From Phoronis australis (Eukaryota; Animalia; Phoronida), in assembly GCA_002633005.1 (NCBI GenBank), contig NMRA01000102.1, forward strand, positions 788,345 to 852,344: a stretch of DNA of 64,000 bases, given 5' to 3'. Of the stretch, positions 50,952 to 63,070 are shown piece by piece. Under the pieces are notes generated by a model that was not told the origin of the DNA, made no database searches, and saw nothing but the letters and a program-made list of their open reading frames with translations. Every line of letters starts with the position of its first letter. The stretch's first letter is position 1. A program made the position numbers and the translations under genes.

Positions 50952-53900
50952 ATGTCTAACGGTGCTATGAGTTATGAACCACCGCCGTATTCCGGTCTTG
51001 ACTTCAGTACAACGCCTGCAACCCCGCCACCTTCGTACGAGGAAGCTACCAAAACACTGAACGAGCAGGCCACTGAACTTGGAGAACCATCACCCGCGAG
51101 TCAAACTTCACCCGTGGCTCTCACCACTCGGGTGGGGTGGCCGAGTGCATCTGTGCACACTCCGACACAAGTAGGAGTCACAGTGCCCCAAGCTTCCCTG
51201 AGCAACGTGAACCAAGTACAGACAAGGCGAACAACAAATGCAGACTCATCACCTCCAAGAACAACGTCTACCTCAGGTAAGTAAAATCCACTTATCAGAC
51301 AACTGTACTGCTCCTGCAAATCACCACTTGCCTTGGGTGGTAAACATTAATCAGTCGTTTTGTAGGCTGTCCAACAAATGAGCGCACCTAGGGTGGGGGC
51401 TCGAAGTGGTATCTGACAGGGCCGGGGGTATTGGAGTATTTTTAGACAAGGATACCTACCCGTTTAGAGAATGGGCTCGAACAAAAAGTGACCCATTTAG
51501 AGACTGATTTGTGTAAAAATTCACATTTTCACACACTTCAGTCGGTTCCAGAAATTCAGGAAAGCCACATTTTAGATGTAGTTTTTTCGAAAATGGCACC
51601 ATTTTGGAGAGCATTTTTCTGTGAAAAAAACACCCCTTTGGGCAGCACTTTTCGTATACATCTTCTGTAGGAATGACACGGGCTGACACGACATGAATTT
51701 GGATGCCTATTATCATTTTAATTAGTATTACATTACTATCACCACTGTTACTGCTATCAATACAGAACTATTACTATTATGACTAGCGTTACTCGTTATC
51801 GTTTTTCTTATCGTTATTATTATTATCATAAACAGTTTTAAATTTATATATTGAGGACACAATACAAGTTTACCAGAGTGCTAATACATCATGGTCCCCA
51901 AAGATTTTTAAATCATCTCATTTATGGTTCAATTTTGTCATCGGGCTTTCCATAATAGACGGCGAGTGCTGCTCCAAAAGGATTTTAAAGGGGGCTCCTA
52001 TGTTCAGCTTTAACGATATCGTGAGGAATGTCTTGACAGCTGTGGATACAGAGTAGGCCTACTTTTTGAAAACGGGGGGGGGCTGAGATTTAAAATCTTG
52101 TTAAGGCGTGCACCAACGAGCTTCCACACAAAAAGTAGCGCCTAACGTCCATTAAGAATAGAATATCCAATCTTTGTCCTTATTTATATGTTCTTCGAAA
52201 TAACTACCATTGACCAAATAGCAATTTTAATTCACATTTTATTTTATAAGATAACGGAAAGAGAAAGTGCATGTTTTCAGCAAATATCAAGGAGAAAACG
52301 TCGGGAATCTATTCTCTGTAACACAATCACAAAAATGACGGATTTTGTGTTTTATAGCTTTGGAAAAATCGAGGAAGTTTAGTTGATGAAACCTATTACA
52401 TCCATTGTTTGTTGGTCAGCAACGTTCCTTTAAAACGTCATTTTCACTTTCAGTTTCGTCTTGGAGAAGAAGATTCGAACTCAGGGAATGCATATCTAAA
52501 GGCAAACCATCGTCTGGTAAGAGCGTTTCTACCACGTGTCTGTATAAATGTTGGTAGGGAAACATAGGGCAGCAAACTGGCGGCAAAAACACCTCTGGAT
52601 TTGCTGCCTTTCTTCCGTTCTGTCCGATATTGCATGAATATTATGGAAATTCGTTAGTCATTTCACCTCAAAAGCTCTACAGACTTGACAGCGATTTCAT
52701 CTCCACCGAAAAGAAAGTCAGGCTTAGAACAAAGGCGTCACAAACGCACAATTGACCCTGTTCTCCCAAAACAGCCATCTCCATTCCAACGCTCGACATA
52801 GCCAGTTATAGGCTATGAAAGCCAGTTTACTACATATTCAAAAATCTGGTTCAAGTGCTGCTATTATAACCAAATTCTTCGCATTTCTGGATTGCTTGAG
52901 GCCTACTTGGTATTGCAAAAGATTAACCAGTCACCGAGCAGCGATGCAAGAACTCTAATGGCAGCCACCATTTTGAAGAAACGTGTATGTACAGCCAATT
53001 AAGTGAATTTCTCGTTCACAAGATGTTTACAAATACATGGACACCAAATCCTTTGAACCTGCCTGCCATGCATTTACATGTACCTCAAAACTATCGCCAA
53101 AGCTGGTCTACCGCACAATTTAAATATCTAGAGAGTGCACATTAACGGCGCATATTGGCCGAATAAATTAGCCGTGTCTACACTCCTGCTGTACTGTCTC
53201 ACCTTCCCAACCGGGCGCTGAATAGCTCCGTCTAATTTAAACAGTTCCCACCACGACCGTGTTTCTCAAAAAGAATTTGATTAGCCTTTAGTATACCTAC
53301 TGCTAAGAAACGAGCCAAAAATTGTTTAAAATATGTTTATGTTAGTAGGGTTGTTACGTAATGGGTGGAAGACCGTCTCCACCGTTTTTGTTTTTACCAG
53401 TGCGACGCTGGGGAGTTGTTTCCCACACGAAGAGATGCGTTTGTAGAGGCTGTTTTTAAATGCAACTTGACGGAGAAAGTCTCTGGGTTCAAATTCCTAA
53501 ACACATGAATGTTACACAGAAATGACATCGGTTTGTGCGCCGCACAGACGGTGGAATGTCAGTGTGGAACATGCAATTCAGCCCATTTTGTGAAAATTGG
53601 CCACCCCTTGGTTCGGATGGTTGCGGCTCACGCCGTCTGCAGTAATTCTCGTGCAAGTGGGTCAAGTTCATATCACCTCAAACCCAACGAATGCTCAATA
53701 AGTGGGAAATCGAATTCATTGTCTGATTCTTCAAGTATCCTTTCTCATGTCAGTCTACATAATAATCGCCCAGTTTTCGCTCAAACTCGTCTTCGTCTTC
53801 TGATCTGCTGTGTTCCGCCATTGCAATTGATTCTCAAGAGACCAAACGTCTTCCACCCATTACGTCATTTGGCTGGGTACTTGGAAATAATTAATGTTTC

Positions 53901-56900
53901 TTCGTAACTAAGAAATCGCTACTTTTTGGCATCAAAAGTGCTTATATGGTTAGATTTTATGATATCCTTCCATACTGCCCAATTGAAACCTCAATAATTA
54001 AGAAATTGCATGGTAGGAATCATTCAATGTAATGTTGGCTACAGAAATGCCGTCTCAACAAAGTGCCGAGCTATTGGAGCTGTTGGGATTAACACACAAA
54101 ATCCCCTTTTGCCAATCTATTTTACCCGACCGCAATGGCCACGATTGCTAATCGCTTTTCGATTCCTGATCCTTTGTTTCTGGACGGGGATTCTTCTCAC
54201 AAATACCAACAGATTTACATGTAGATTGATTCAAAGAGGCCTGACTGTATATCTTTTATAAAAACATCTTTAAGGTGCCATTGTCGACGATGTTACTGAA
54301 TATGTTTACAGAAATTAGTAATAGCTCCAATTCAACAACCTTCAAACACTTACTCATGCCTATGAATCAAATCCCACGTTATAAAGAAAAGAGTATTTAA
54401 AAGGCAAAGACACCGGTAAGATTTCAACAAATGTCTGTCAGAAAACGGTGAGAATTGGCCATTTGTAATGGAATCACAAAAAGACAAACGATGTGGTTAA
54501 AGCTAATGACTTCAAGAAGTCTATTTCATGCAAAAATAATCTCAAAAATGCGTTCTTCGGCCGTAACAACGATAAGTTAAGCAGTTTGTGGAGGGTTTTT
54601 ATAGAGTCTTTGACAGGGGTCCAAGAGATCGCAGCTTTTGGCACTGCTTAAATAATCATTTACGTCACTTAAGATATGTTTTAATATAATTTTTTTCTTT
54701 CAGACACTGTTTTCGTGATCCTAGTCGTGATTTATGGACTGGTGGTTCCAGTGGTCCAAATTTCAGTCGGTACGTTTTTTGCTCCGTGTTGCGAACGTTG
54801 GTCAGGTGTTGGTCAAGCTCGTTTGCAACAAAAGGAAACACCGGTGATGGTCAAACATTTTAAGTACATGTTTCTAATTACTAGAACATGAAGTGCACAA
54901 TTGACCAATCGCAAGCTCTTCCCCCTTGTGAAAAGTTACCGATAGCATGTACATGTAATTTGTCGGGTAAAATGGCGGCTTGGAAGCGCAGACGAAGGCA
55001 CATGTGTCAAAAATGTTGCGTTCTGATTGGTCAGTTTAGCCGGCAGTAGAAATCCTGGCGATACGTCAATTCAACGTGTCTCCTTGATGAACAAAAATTC
55101 CATTTGCTTTACAATGGGAGCAACAGTTTGTTTTATGCAAACACATACACGTTGAAATACGTTTCAAGAGAATATTGGCTTATGTCGATTTTACCTTCCG
55201 CGGAGCGCTCCCTTAATTTCGGAGCAACATACGCATGTGTGTTAACAGAGTGACACGATGTAAACAACTTACCAATAGTTACTGGAGTAATGAAGAAAAA
55301 ACACTAGGTACATGAACAAACGATTTACATCGTTATCAGAGAAGTATTCTGAAATAATGAGTGCGTACGCGTGCAATCTCAAAATGTACTCATGTTGGTG
55401 CACATTGTCGCCATTTCAGCCCTGGCATGCGCGTCCTCCTCTCTCTCCTCCAAAGAGCTTGTAGAATTTTTTACACTGAGAGAGCATTTTGGCGACATAA
55501 CTTTTCGGGCAGACACAACCGAAGCCTTTTGTGTCTACCTGTTTATCTACCAAGTTTCTTGATGTATTTTACTGAAATTAAGCCGGTATTTCCACGAAGG
55601 GTAGGGCGTCACTGAGTTGGCCATTTCCGGCTATATGCACTGACCTCCCCACGTTCTGACGAACGCGGTACGTATCTTAAAATCTGCCAACCTGCTTGAA
55701 GCACTGTCAAGAAACGACTGAATTCGATTGCCGCTTTGCCTCCCAATGTAAGCTGACTTTTATATTTTTGAGTCAGCCCCAACAACCACTAAGCGATGAA
55801 AAATCATGAAATTGGGCAGCGTTTTCACATTATGCACAGGAAGTCTTTTCATGTTTTTTTGGAGTTTTAAGACTTGTTTTATTAGTTTTGCGTAATTAAG
55901 TGATGCGTTCCTCTTTCTACCAAACACCTTATCTGAACGATGATCACGAAATTTTTAAAAATGTGTTTTGAGTGGATCGTGAATAGCTCAAGGCACGGAT
56001 CCAACTACCATTGTACTCCTTATATTGTCCTTGAATAATCTTTGTATTTGTCTCGAATTGATTGTTGAGTTTTGTTTCTATTTTCACGAACCCCTCAAAA
56101 TCACAAAAGGTGCATGTGTTTGCACTGAAGAAGCAACGCTGATCAATTCTCAGACAAATAAGTTTGGTGACGTGTTGCCCCCTTGACGGGAGTTTTAAAA
56201 ACCCTACATGTGCTTGTAATATAATTTACACTGTGTGCAAGTAAAAGTTTAAGTATCCGGAATAACGAAAACCTGCTGAGGCCACGTGTAACATGGGATT
56301 ACACGAGGTTTTACTATTGGAAAATTGGCTACAACGCCTTCCGAAATCGAGATTAACTAAAACGGACAATATGGGGAGCATAAAGCATAAAAAGGGTATA
56401 GTGCGTTAAAGCAGACATATCAAAATGGGAATAGTGAGCCAAAATTGGAATAATGGGTCAAACTAGACATACAATGTAAACCTTAACGTTCCTATCACTA
56501 CAGATTGTCTTTCACTAGTGTCTTCCATCATCTCGCTTCGAACGTTAATTACGCAAACTTGCATAAGCGTTTTAAAACTTGTTTCAAACTTTGACTTTTG
56601 GCTGAGGCACACAACGATAATTCTAAGACTCAGCTACATGTTTGACCTACCACAAACTAAGGTGGAATGGGTTAATTGTAATAATTGCACAAAAATGCAT
56701 TTTTATTTCAGTGGCCGAACACGGTTTGAAATCCTGCCCAGCTTATGACTTCATACCTACCCATCAACTGGCTGGCGGGTTAGCAGCACTAGTGGTCGGA
56801 CCCCTACTTTTTGTTAGAGTCCGATGCATGGAAAAGCTGAACCAGGGAAGATATTACCCAAGCAACCAAAACGACATTCAGAAGTTCGTTAATTTCATCA

Positions 56901-59900
56901 CACCTCTTGCCGTCATGTTTATCGTGGGTTGGACGTTTTATGGTAAGCAAGCATAACTCTACAAATTCAATGAAAAGTTGGTTAATTTGAAGTATCTATG
57001 TCTCTGCAAGAAGTAGCATACGTGTATGCAGGCAGTACGATTCACTTCCTTACTAGACCACCTGTCGTCCTTTGTATAACGCTTTCCCTTCCTGTTCTCT
57101 GCAGATGACATCCAGAACACCTCAACTTTTTCGTATCTCGGAGGTATTTGTTTAATTGCTCTTGTGCGATCCTGAACCAGAATCTGATTTCAAATAGAGC
57201 ATTTCAAAACTGTTTAGGCTTATAATCTCTCAACCAACCCTCATTCCTGGAACCTAAGCAGATTTTTTATCTTTACAAACTTGACTTAATTTACGTCAAA
57301 GTTTCCTTAGTGTCGACTTTGAAAACTATCAAACGTGGCTAGAAATTACGTAGTGAGTTTTGTTTTGACCACTGCACTACACTAAAAACAGATTTAAACT
57401 TAAAAACTACAAAATTCTGGCATGGATAACAACGAACAAGAGCAACATGGTACATTTGCCCACACAGGATGCCCACAACGAGCAAGTGCACGCTGGCCAC
57501 ACGTAAGAAAACTACTACGAGACTGGGTAGCCAATGCACGAGTTCCCAGTGTTGAGTTGGACATGCGTAGCTCGTGCGCATGCGCGCATGTGTGTTAGAG
57601 AGCAATGAGATAAACAGCTGCCTCCTATGGATACCAAGCACCAAAATGCAGATTTCTCTTTAAAAAAATGAATGAATAGCGTCAACATAATAAATGAAAG
57701 TCATCAGTGCGTCAATACAGCGGCTTTGCTTGGGATAAGAAACGTTCAACTTATCCACGAACGTGCTTTTAATCCATCGGTATCTGCTTCACTGGTCTGC
57801 TGATGCCGGGGTGACCGGAGATAACAATAATTCGCTACTTTAATAGCCTGAAGACATAATGACTGCAATAATTCAAAGACGCGACTTCTGTCTTTATTGA
57901 GCGTCTAATAAACCGTAGTTGACTTTACAAGTTACCGGATTTTATTGGCATCATGGGACTGTTAAGCGCATTTCAATTTTGAGCTTACGGAGTGTTCTTT
58001 ATAATGTTTATTTCGAAAATCAAGACGTGCATTAATGCGAGCTTAGCCCAGAAAGAGCTAGAAAACATTATAGATGGTCGTCAACATAATACAAACAAAC
58101 ATACATGCATTCTTACATACATATCAGTTTACATATGAATGCACATATTTAGAGATGCAATAAATACGCATTTATAAATACAGTAATAACTTTAATATTA
58201 TATACAAGATTGCCAATGTAAATTTCAAAATGAACAATTAAACACAGAAACATCAGGAACTGCAATAGGAATGGAACCACAGGTGTAGCTGTCTTACCAC
58301 TGAGCTACTGAGGACTCGATATCTATACCTCTACGTTTACAGCCAACTGTTTTGACATACATCCCATGAACGGCATTTTGCATTTTTCACACGGGATTTG
58401 GACAATCGCACCATCAGCAACTTACTAGTGTGTTAATTAGATACAGTAAATATATAGACGCTGATGTTGGCCAATAGGGAATCGGCCATTGTCAGCTCCA
58501 ATATACATACTAAATTTAAAAATGGATGGACATACAATTTTTTGAATATGTATACGTGCAATATTACGCCAATAAGCGTGATTACATGTTATTTTGAAGG
58601 TGCAAATGAGGTATTTTAAGATTTGTCAGTTTAAGCAAACGATTCTGCTAAGAAATAGAAATTTTGCAACGCTTTTGAAAAGAGTCATGTTGTTAGCGGA
58701 GTCAAGTATTCTATAGCCGTTATGTAAGAATTTAATTTTATCAAAAACTTTATTGGAATTCAGAGTAAAAGTTGTTTTAACACAATATTGTGTCTGGAAA
58801 AGCTGTATTTTTTATCTTTGCTTGCTGTGCTGTCAAAGAAGACTTGAGCAAATGACTGGAAATTTTCCTCAGCAACAAACTGGTGTAGTATCTTTAAAAT
58901 TAGGTCTAAATTTGTCGCTTCACAGAAACGAGCTTACGGAGTGTTCTGAAAGAAAATGAGTGCGTGACAGTTATGAATATTTTGGAAATAAATAGCCCCA
59001 ACCTTTTCATGCTCCCATATATTTTCATCATATATTGCCGTCATCTCTGTCTGCCCGGGCGTCCGGCGTCCGCAGCTGTATCTCCTTTCACGGGATCTTG
59101 ATGAAATTAAACAGATGTGTTCCTGTGCGGCTGACGACGAATGATGACAAATTTCGGATGTCTCCGTTCACCAGTGTGCCCCCTAGTGGCAATTATTGTT
59201 TTTACTCTTACCTCTGTATCTGAGGAGATCCTCAACGGATTTTCATAGAATTTGGCAAAAAGGCATCTATTAGTAAGATGACACAATCCTTTCGTTTTCG
59301 AGTGGACTCGACGTAGTTTCCGCCACCTAGTGGCCATTTTTACGGGTCTTGAATCGGTTTTTTGGCGTCCACCCCTCAGTCACCCAAACCGCTCTAAGGA
59401 TGACTATGAAAATTGGCAAGTATGTTCTTACTACAATGTATGAAGACGACGGCTGACGACGATTTTCCGACGACTTCGGCTATTTTGGCGTCTCCTGGTG
59501 GCTTTTTGTACGCCCATGACTTTATATCCTAAACCGTTTGCATAATCTTTTCTAAATTCAGCAAGTGTATTTATATAATGTTGACAACGGACGACTTTCG
59601 GAAGGATCTGATTAGATGTGCCCCTAGAGTCAGTTTTAGTATTTTACGTTTGCCTGTGTATCTTAAACGGTCTTCAACGGAATTTCATAAAATTTTAAGT
59701 ATATGCATCTATTGGTGAGATGACGCTATCTCCCGTTTTCGGACGTGGCCATTTTTACTGTTTTCCAAGTTTGTTTAACATTGTGTCCACCCCTCTATCA
59801 ACCAAACAATTCTAAGGATTATTTTGAAAATTGACGTATATGGTCTCAGTGTGAAGATGACGTTTGACGATGACTTCTACTACTGTGGATTCTTCTAATG

Positions 59901-60954
59901 GTACATGTAGTTTTGTTCTGCTTTGGTTTACGCCCACAGCTGCGTCTCCTAAACCCACTGTATGGATCTTTAGTAAATTTAGTTAGTGTATTTATATGAA
60001 ACTAACAACAGTCAACAACGACTTTCAGGCGAATCCAATGAACGCTGAGCCCCCTAGTGGCAATTCCATTTTCCCCCGTTTTTCTTTCTTTCTTTGAAGT
60101 TCATTGACATATTTTTATGAGATTTGGAAAATAGCTTTTTATTTAAAAAGCAATGACGTGTTCAACTTTTCGGATGGATTTTACCTTTTTGCGCTATTTA
60201 GTGGCCATTTAATGTGATACAAATAAAAACCCTAGAAGCGCACCGTTTGCGGTACATTCGTGGGTGCATTTCAACGCTCCGCTAGTAGAGATTGTTTGAA
60301 ATCATCGGTAATAAGTGGCCTCACTTTGCCGTCCACTTAATCGGGAACAGCACCTGAATGATTCGGTTGATTCAACATAATCAAATATTCTAGATGGTGA
60401 ACAAAATCGTGGCCCCAGCCTCGTTCCAAGCTCCAGCCTGCAATTGGCTGCGTGTGAAGCGGTAATGTAATCAAGTTCAAAAAGGAAGAGCATGGTGAAC
60501 TAATTGTGACACATGGGCACTGGTGTAGTGAGCTTTTTCGCCAGATGTAATTAAATTGTGACATTGTCGACAAACCTATTCGAAGTATAACTCACCAGGT
60601 ACCACTGTAATCCCTTGCTCTCTTGTAGGTACGTACACAGTTTACGACTCCTTTACAACATTCCGACATTACGAGGTAACGACAGCATACACTCCGACCA
60701 CGAATGCAACATCTCTAACGGTCACAACAACGTTTCCCACGACCTCAACGATGTTTACCGTGACCACAGCAAGGTTTCGCACGACCACCTTCAAGAAGAG
60801 AACACCCAAGCCGTCTGCAAACGACTGTAACGAGGCGGTTCTTTACGCAGCTGTGACCTGCGTGACGTTACAAATTCTTCCCTTTGCTATAGTCGTATTG
60901 GCATTCTTTTTGAACGCTTTTGGTCAATCGCTGAAACGGGCCTTTGAAACGTGA
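50952..60954 (+). CDS. TMEM272-like four-transmembrane protein, 315 aa, 4 coding exons
   Basis: Exons 50952-51276, 54704-54769, 56712-56942, 60629-60954; all GT-AG phase-1 introns; 948 nt, open frame to TGA. N-terminal PPPY/PPSY motifs. VPVVQISV..., SCPAYDFIP..LAGG, MFIVGWTFYGTYTVY and DCNEAVLY follow the TMEM272 pattern (P..QI.IG....CP...IP.YL..G; F..W...G..W.Y; C...LY). Confidence 0.78.
54270..54651. mobile_element. Possible TTAA-flanked (Kolobok-like) non-autonomous DNA element
   Basis: Ends TTAAGGTGCCA and TGGCACTGCTTAA form short imperfect inverted termini with TTAA on both sides. Confidence 0.3.
57981..58947 (-). mobile_element. Insertion of about 930 bp flanked by an exact 18-bp direct repeat (putative retroposon with TSD)
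   Basis: GAGCTTACGGAGTGTTCT at 57981-57998 and 58930-58947. TTTATT (AATAAA on minus) lies just inside the left repeat. Confidence 0.5.
59003..60300 (+). mobile_element. Helentron/HINE-like element with about eight 145-bp repeat units carrying CTCF-like motifs
   Basis: Recurrent ATGAAAATTGGCA...GACGA...TTTCGG...CCCCTAGTGGC units. Head and tail shared with 36019-37160. Confidence 0.65.
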
Positions 60955-63070
60955 TGCTACAGGCGCAATTTACGAACGTTGATTGTTTATGAACTTGCTG
61001 CAGTTTGTTTTATATTTCAAAATCGGCAAAAATTTTATACCCCAAAGTACTAATCAGTGAAAAGAAACCTTTGTGGCGCACCACTTCTTGACGTGAGGAT
61101 ACAATTACATCTGTAGGTGCTTTGGCTCCTTGCGGTTGTAAGCGCGTACAGCGGTCAATTCTAGCAGTTGTAAAATCTCCAGCAATATGACTCCTGCAAA
61201 AAGGGCTAATGGATACCGACCGCCGAATGGACATCCGGCGCCACCAAAGTATGCAAGAAGTTCGGACATGGATGTACTCAGCTTGTTAGGATGTCCTGGT
61301 TCTTATTTTTTTTCAAAATTAATTATCCAGATGTCTTCGAGAACGACAGAATTTGATCACCATGCTGCGAAATTTGGGAAAACCTGATATGCTCAAATTT
61401 TCCAGATTATTAAGAATTTGAATAATCAAAGTCATGTAATTCAATTTTTGATAACTATTTGGATAGATGCCGGCTCAATGATTGCGGCAAAACGGGGACC
61501 ACTGACGTTTGAAAAAGTCTAACTTCCAACAGCCTACGCTTAGTGGTTCACTCTTTTCATGTTTTTAACCACTTTCATACTCAGGTCTTCGTCCGGAGAG
61601 AATCCTGTATTATTGTCATACATTCGATGCATAACTGTGATGATAAAGAATTCAAAAATGGTGTCGTATAGTGACTTTGCCAAATAGTGTTCTTTTAAAC
61701 GCCCAGTTCCTGATGTTATGAACCGTTTTGTGGACTTGCGGCCACGTGGTTGAACTTGAATGTTTGTTTTACACTCCTTTGAGATGTCCTGAAACGTTTT
61801 AGTGATACCAAATGGAAACTGTCCGCCTGACGTTCTTAAGTGTTCAGGACTGCCCTCTGCTGTTTCCAAAGAGAGTCAGAGTCAACAATAGGACGTCGAG
61901 AACCAAATAGGGTTAGAACTGGAATGACCGTCGCTCGGTATAAATAACTCTGCGCTGCCGTCGAATTCCGTTGCACTTACTTCCGTTACGTGATTGACTT
62001 ATTTATTTATTTTGCACTGTCCATCATATGGTGAGTGTGTTGTTTTAGGACTGTGAATTTTTGTTTTTACTTTGTTGCCGTGACAATGTTTCGTAATAGC
62101 GTTTCGTTTATATTCAAAAAGTATTAATGAATAAAGGCTATTTTCATTTTACTTTTTCAACTTTTCTTTCTGAAAGGATCCATGGTTACAGTTTGTCCCA
62201 GATAAACACACAGTTTATCTTCCATGTACCTGGCAAGGGCTACTGTTCACTCTTTTACCGGAAAATTAACAGTAATCATGTGCAGTTCGAACACCTCGCT
62301 ACTGTCCGCATTTTCTCGCCGCAAAGAGACGTTTTGCGAGAAACGAAGCGGTCTGAAACAACATAATTTGGAGACTCAATCGCTGAAAATATTTTTCCAG
62401 AAATAAAGCTCGTTCTGTTTTACTTTGTAATAATTCAAACCCAAGAAAATTATCTCGGGCGCATTATGGTTTTGGAGCGTTCAGGCCGAGTTTGCACCTG
62501 AGCATTAAAACACCAAAATTCCACCTACATGTACAAACTCGGATAAAACTCTAAGATTTCAAATTCAGACTCGAAATTTTAACTTTAATATTGCGGTCAA
62601 TAGTTGTGATATAGGATTACACAAGTATACATTTAGACCATAATATACTCAAGTGCAAAATTATAGACAATCATTTTGCGTCCGTATTTTTGACCGGAAA
62701 AGGATAAAACTAGATGTCTTCGATTTCGAGTAACACGTTTAAACCACGAGCCGGGGACACCCAGGCAATGGTCTTTGTCCAGAATAAGCATTCGTTAGTG
62801 AATGACTATGCAGGAAAATCAAATTGGCTGGACGACTTTTTATAGTGAGAACACGTGTATACTGAATTGTTTATTAAAAAATGTTCAATTGAAACTTACA
62901 TGTATTGTGCACAAGCGACAGTGAGTCTACTCATTACCGCCTTGATTACCAAGTATAGTAGCCAGCACAAATCCAACAGGTGCGGGATTTGAGTCAGGTA
63001 GAATTATTAGTCAATCAAATACCAGCTTATTAATAATGTATTAGAAGTCATAATGGGTCGTTTGTTTTAT

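Noticed and set aside
57800-57885. Hammerhead-like CTGATG-CCGG-GGTGA-CCGG-AGATAAC followed by CCTGAAGA
   Set aside because: The catalytic core is broken (no CUGAUGA, no GAAA) and no stems I/III were found; cannot be supported as a ribozyme.
59003-60300. CRISPR-like periodic repeats
   Set aside because: Eukaryotic context, whole units are homologous (no unique spacers) and there are no cas genes.
61540-61869. 109-aa minus ORF
   Set aside because: No ATG start, recognisable domain or splice evidence; treated as a chance ORF like most short ORFs in the track.
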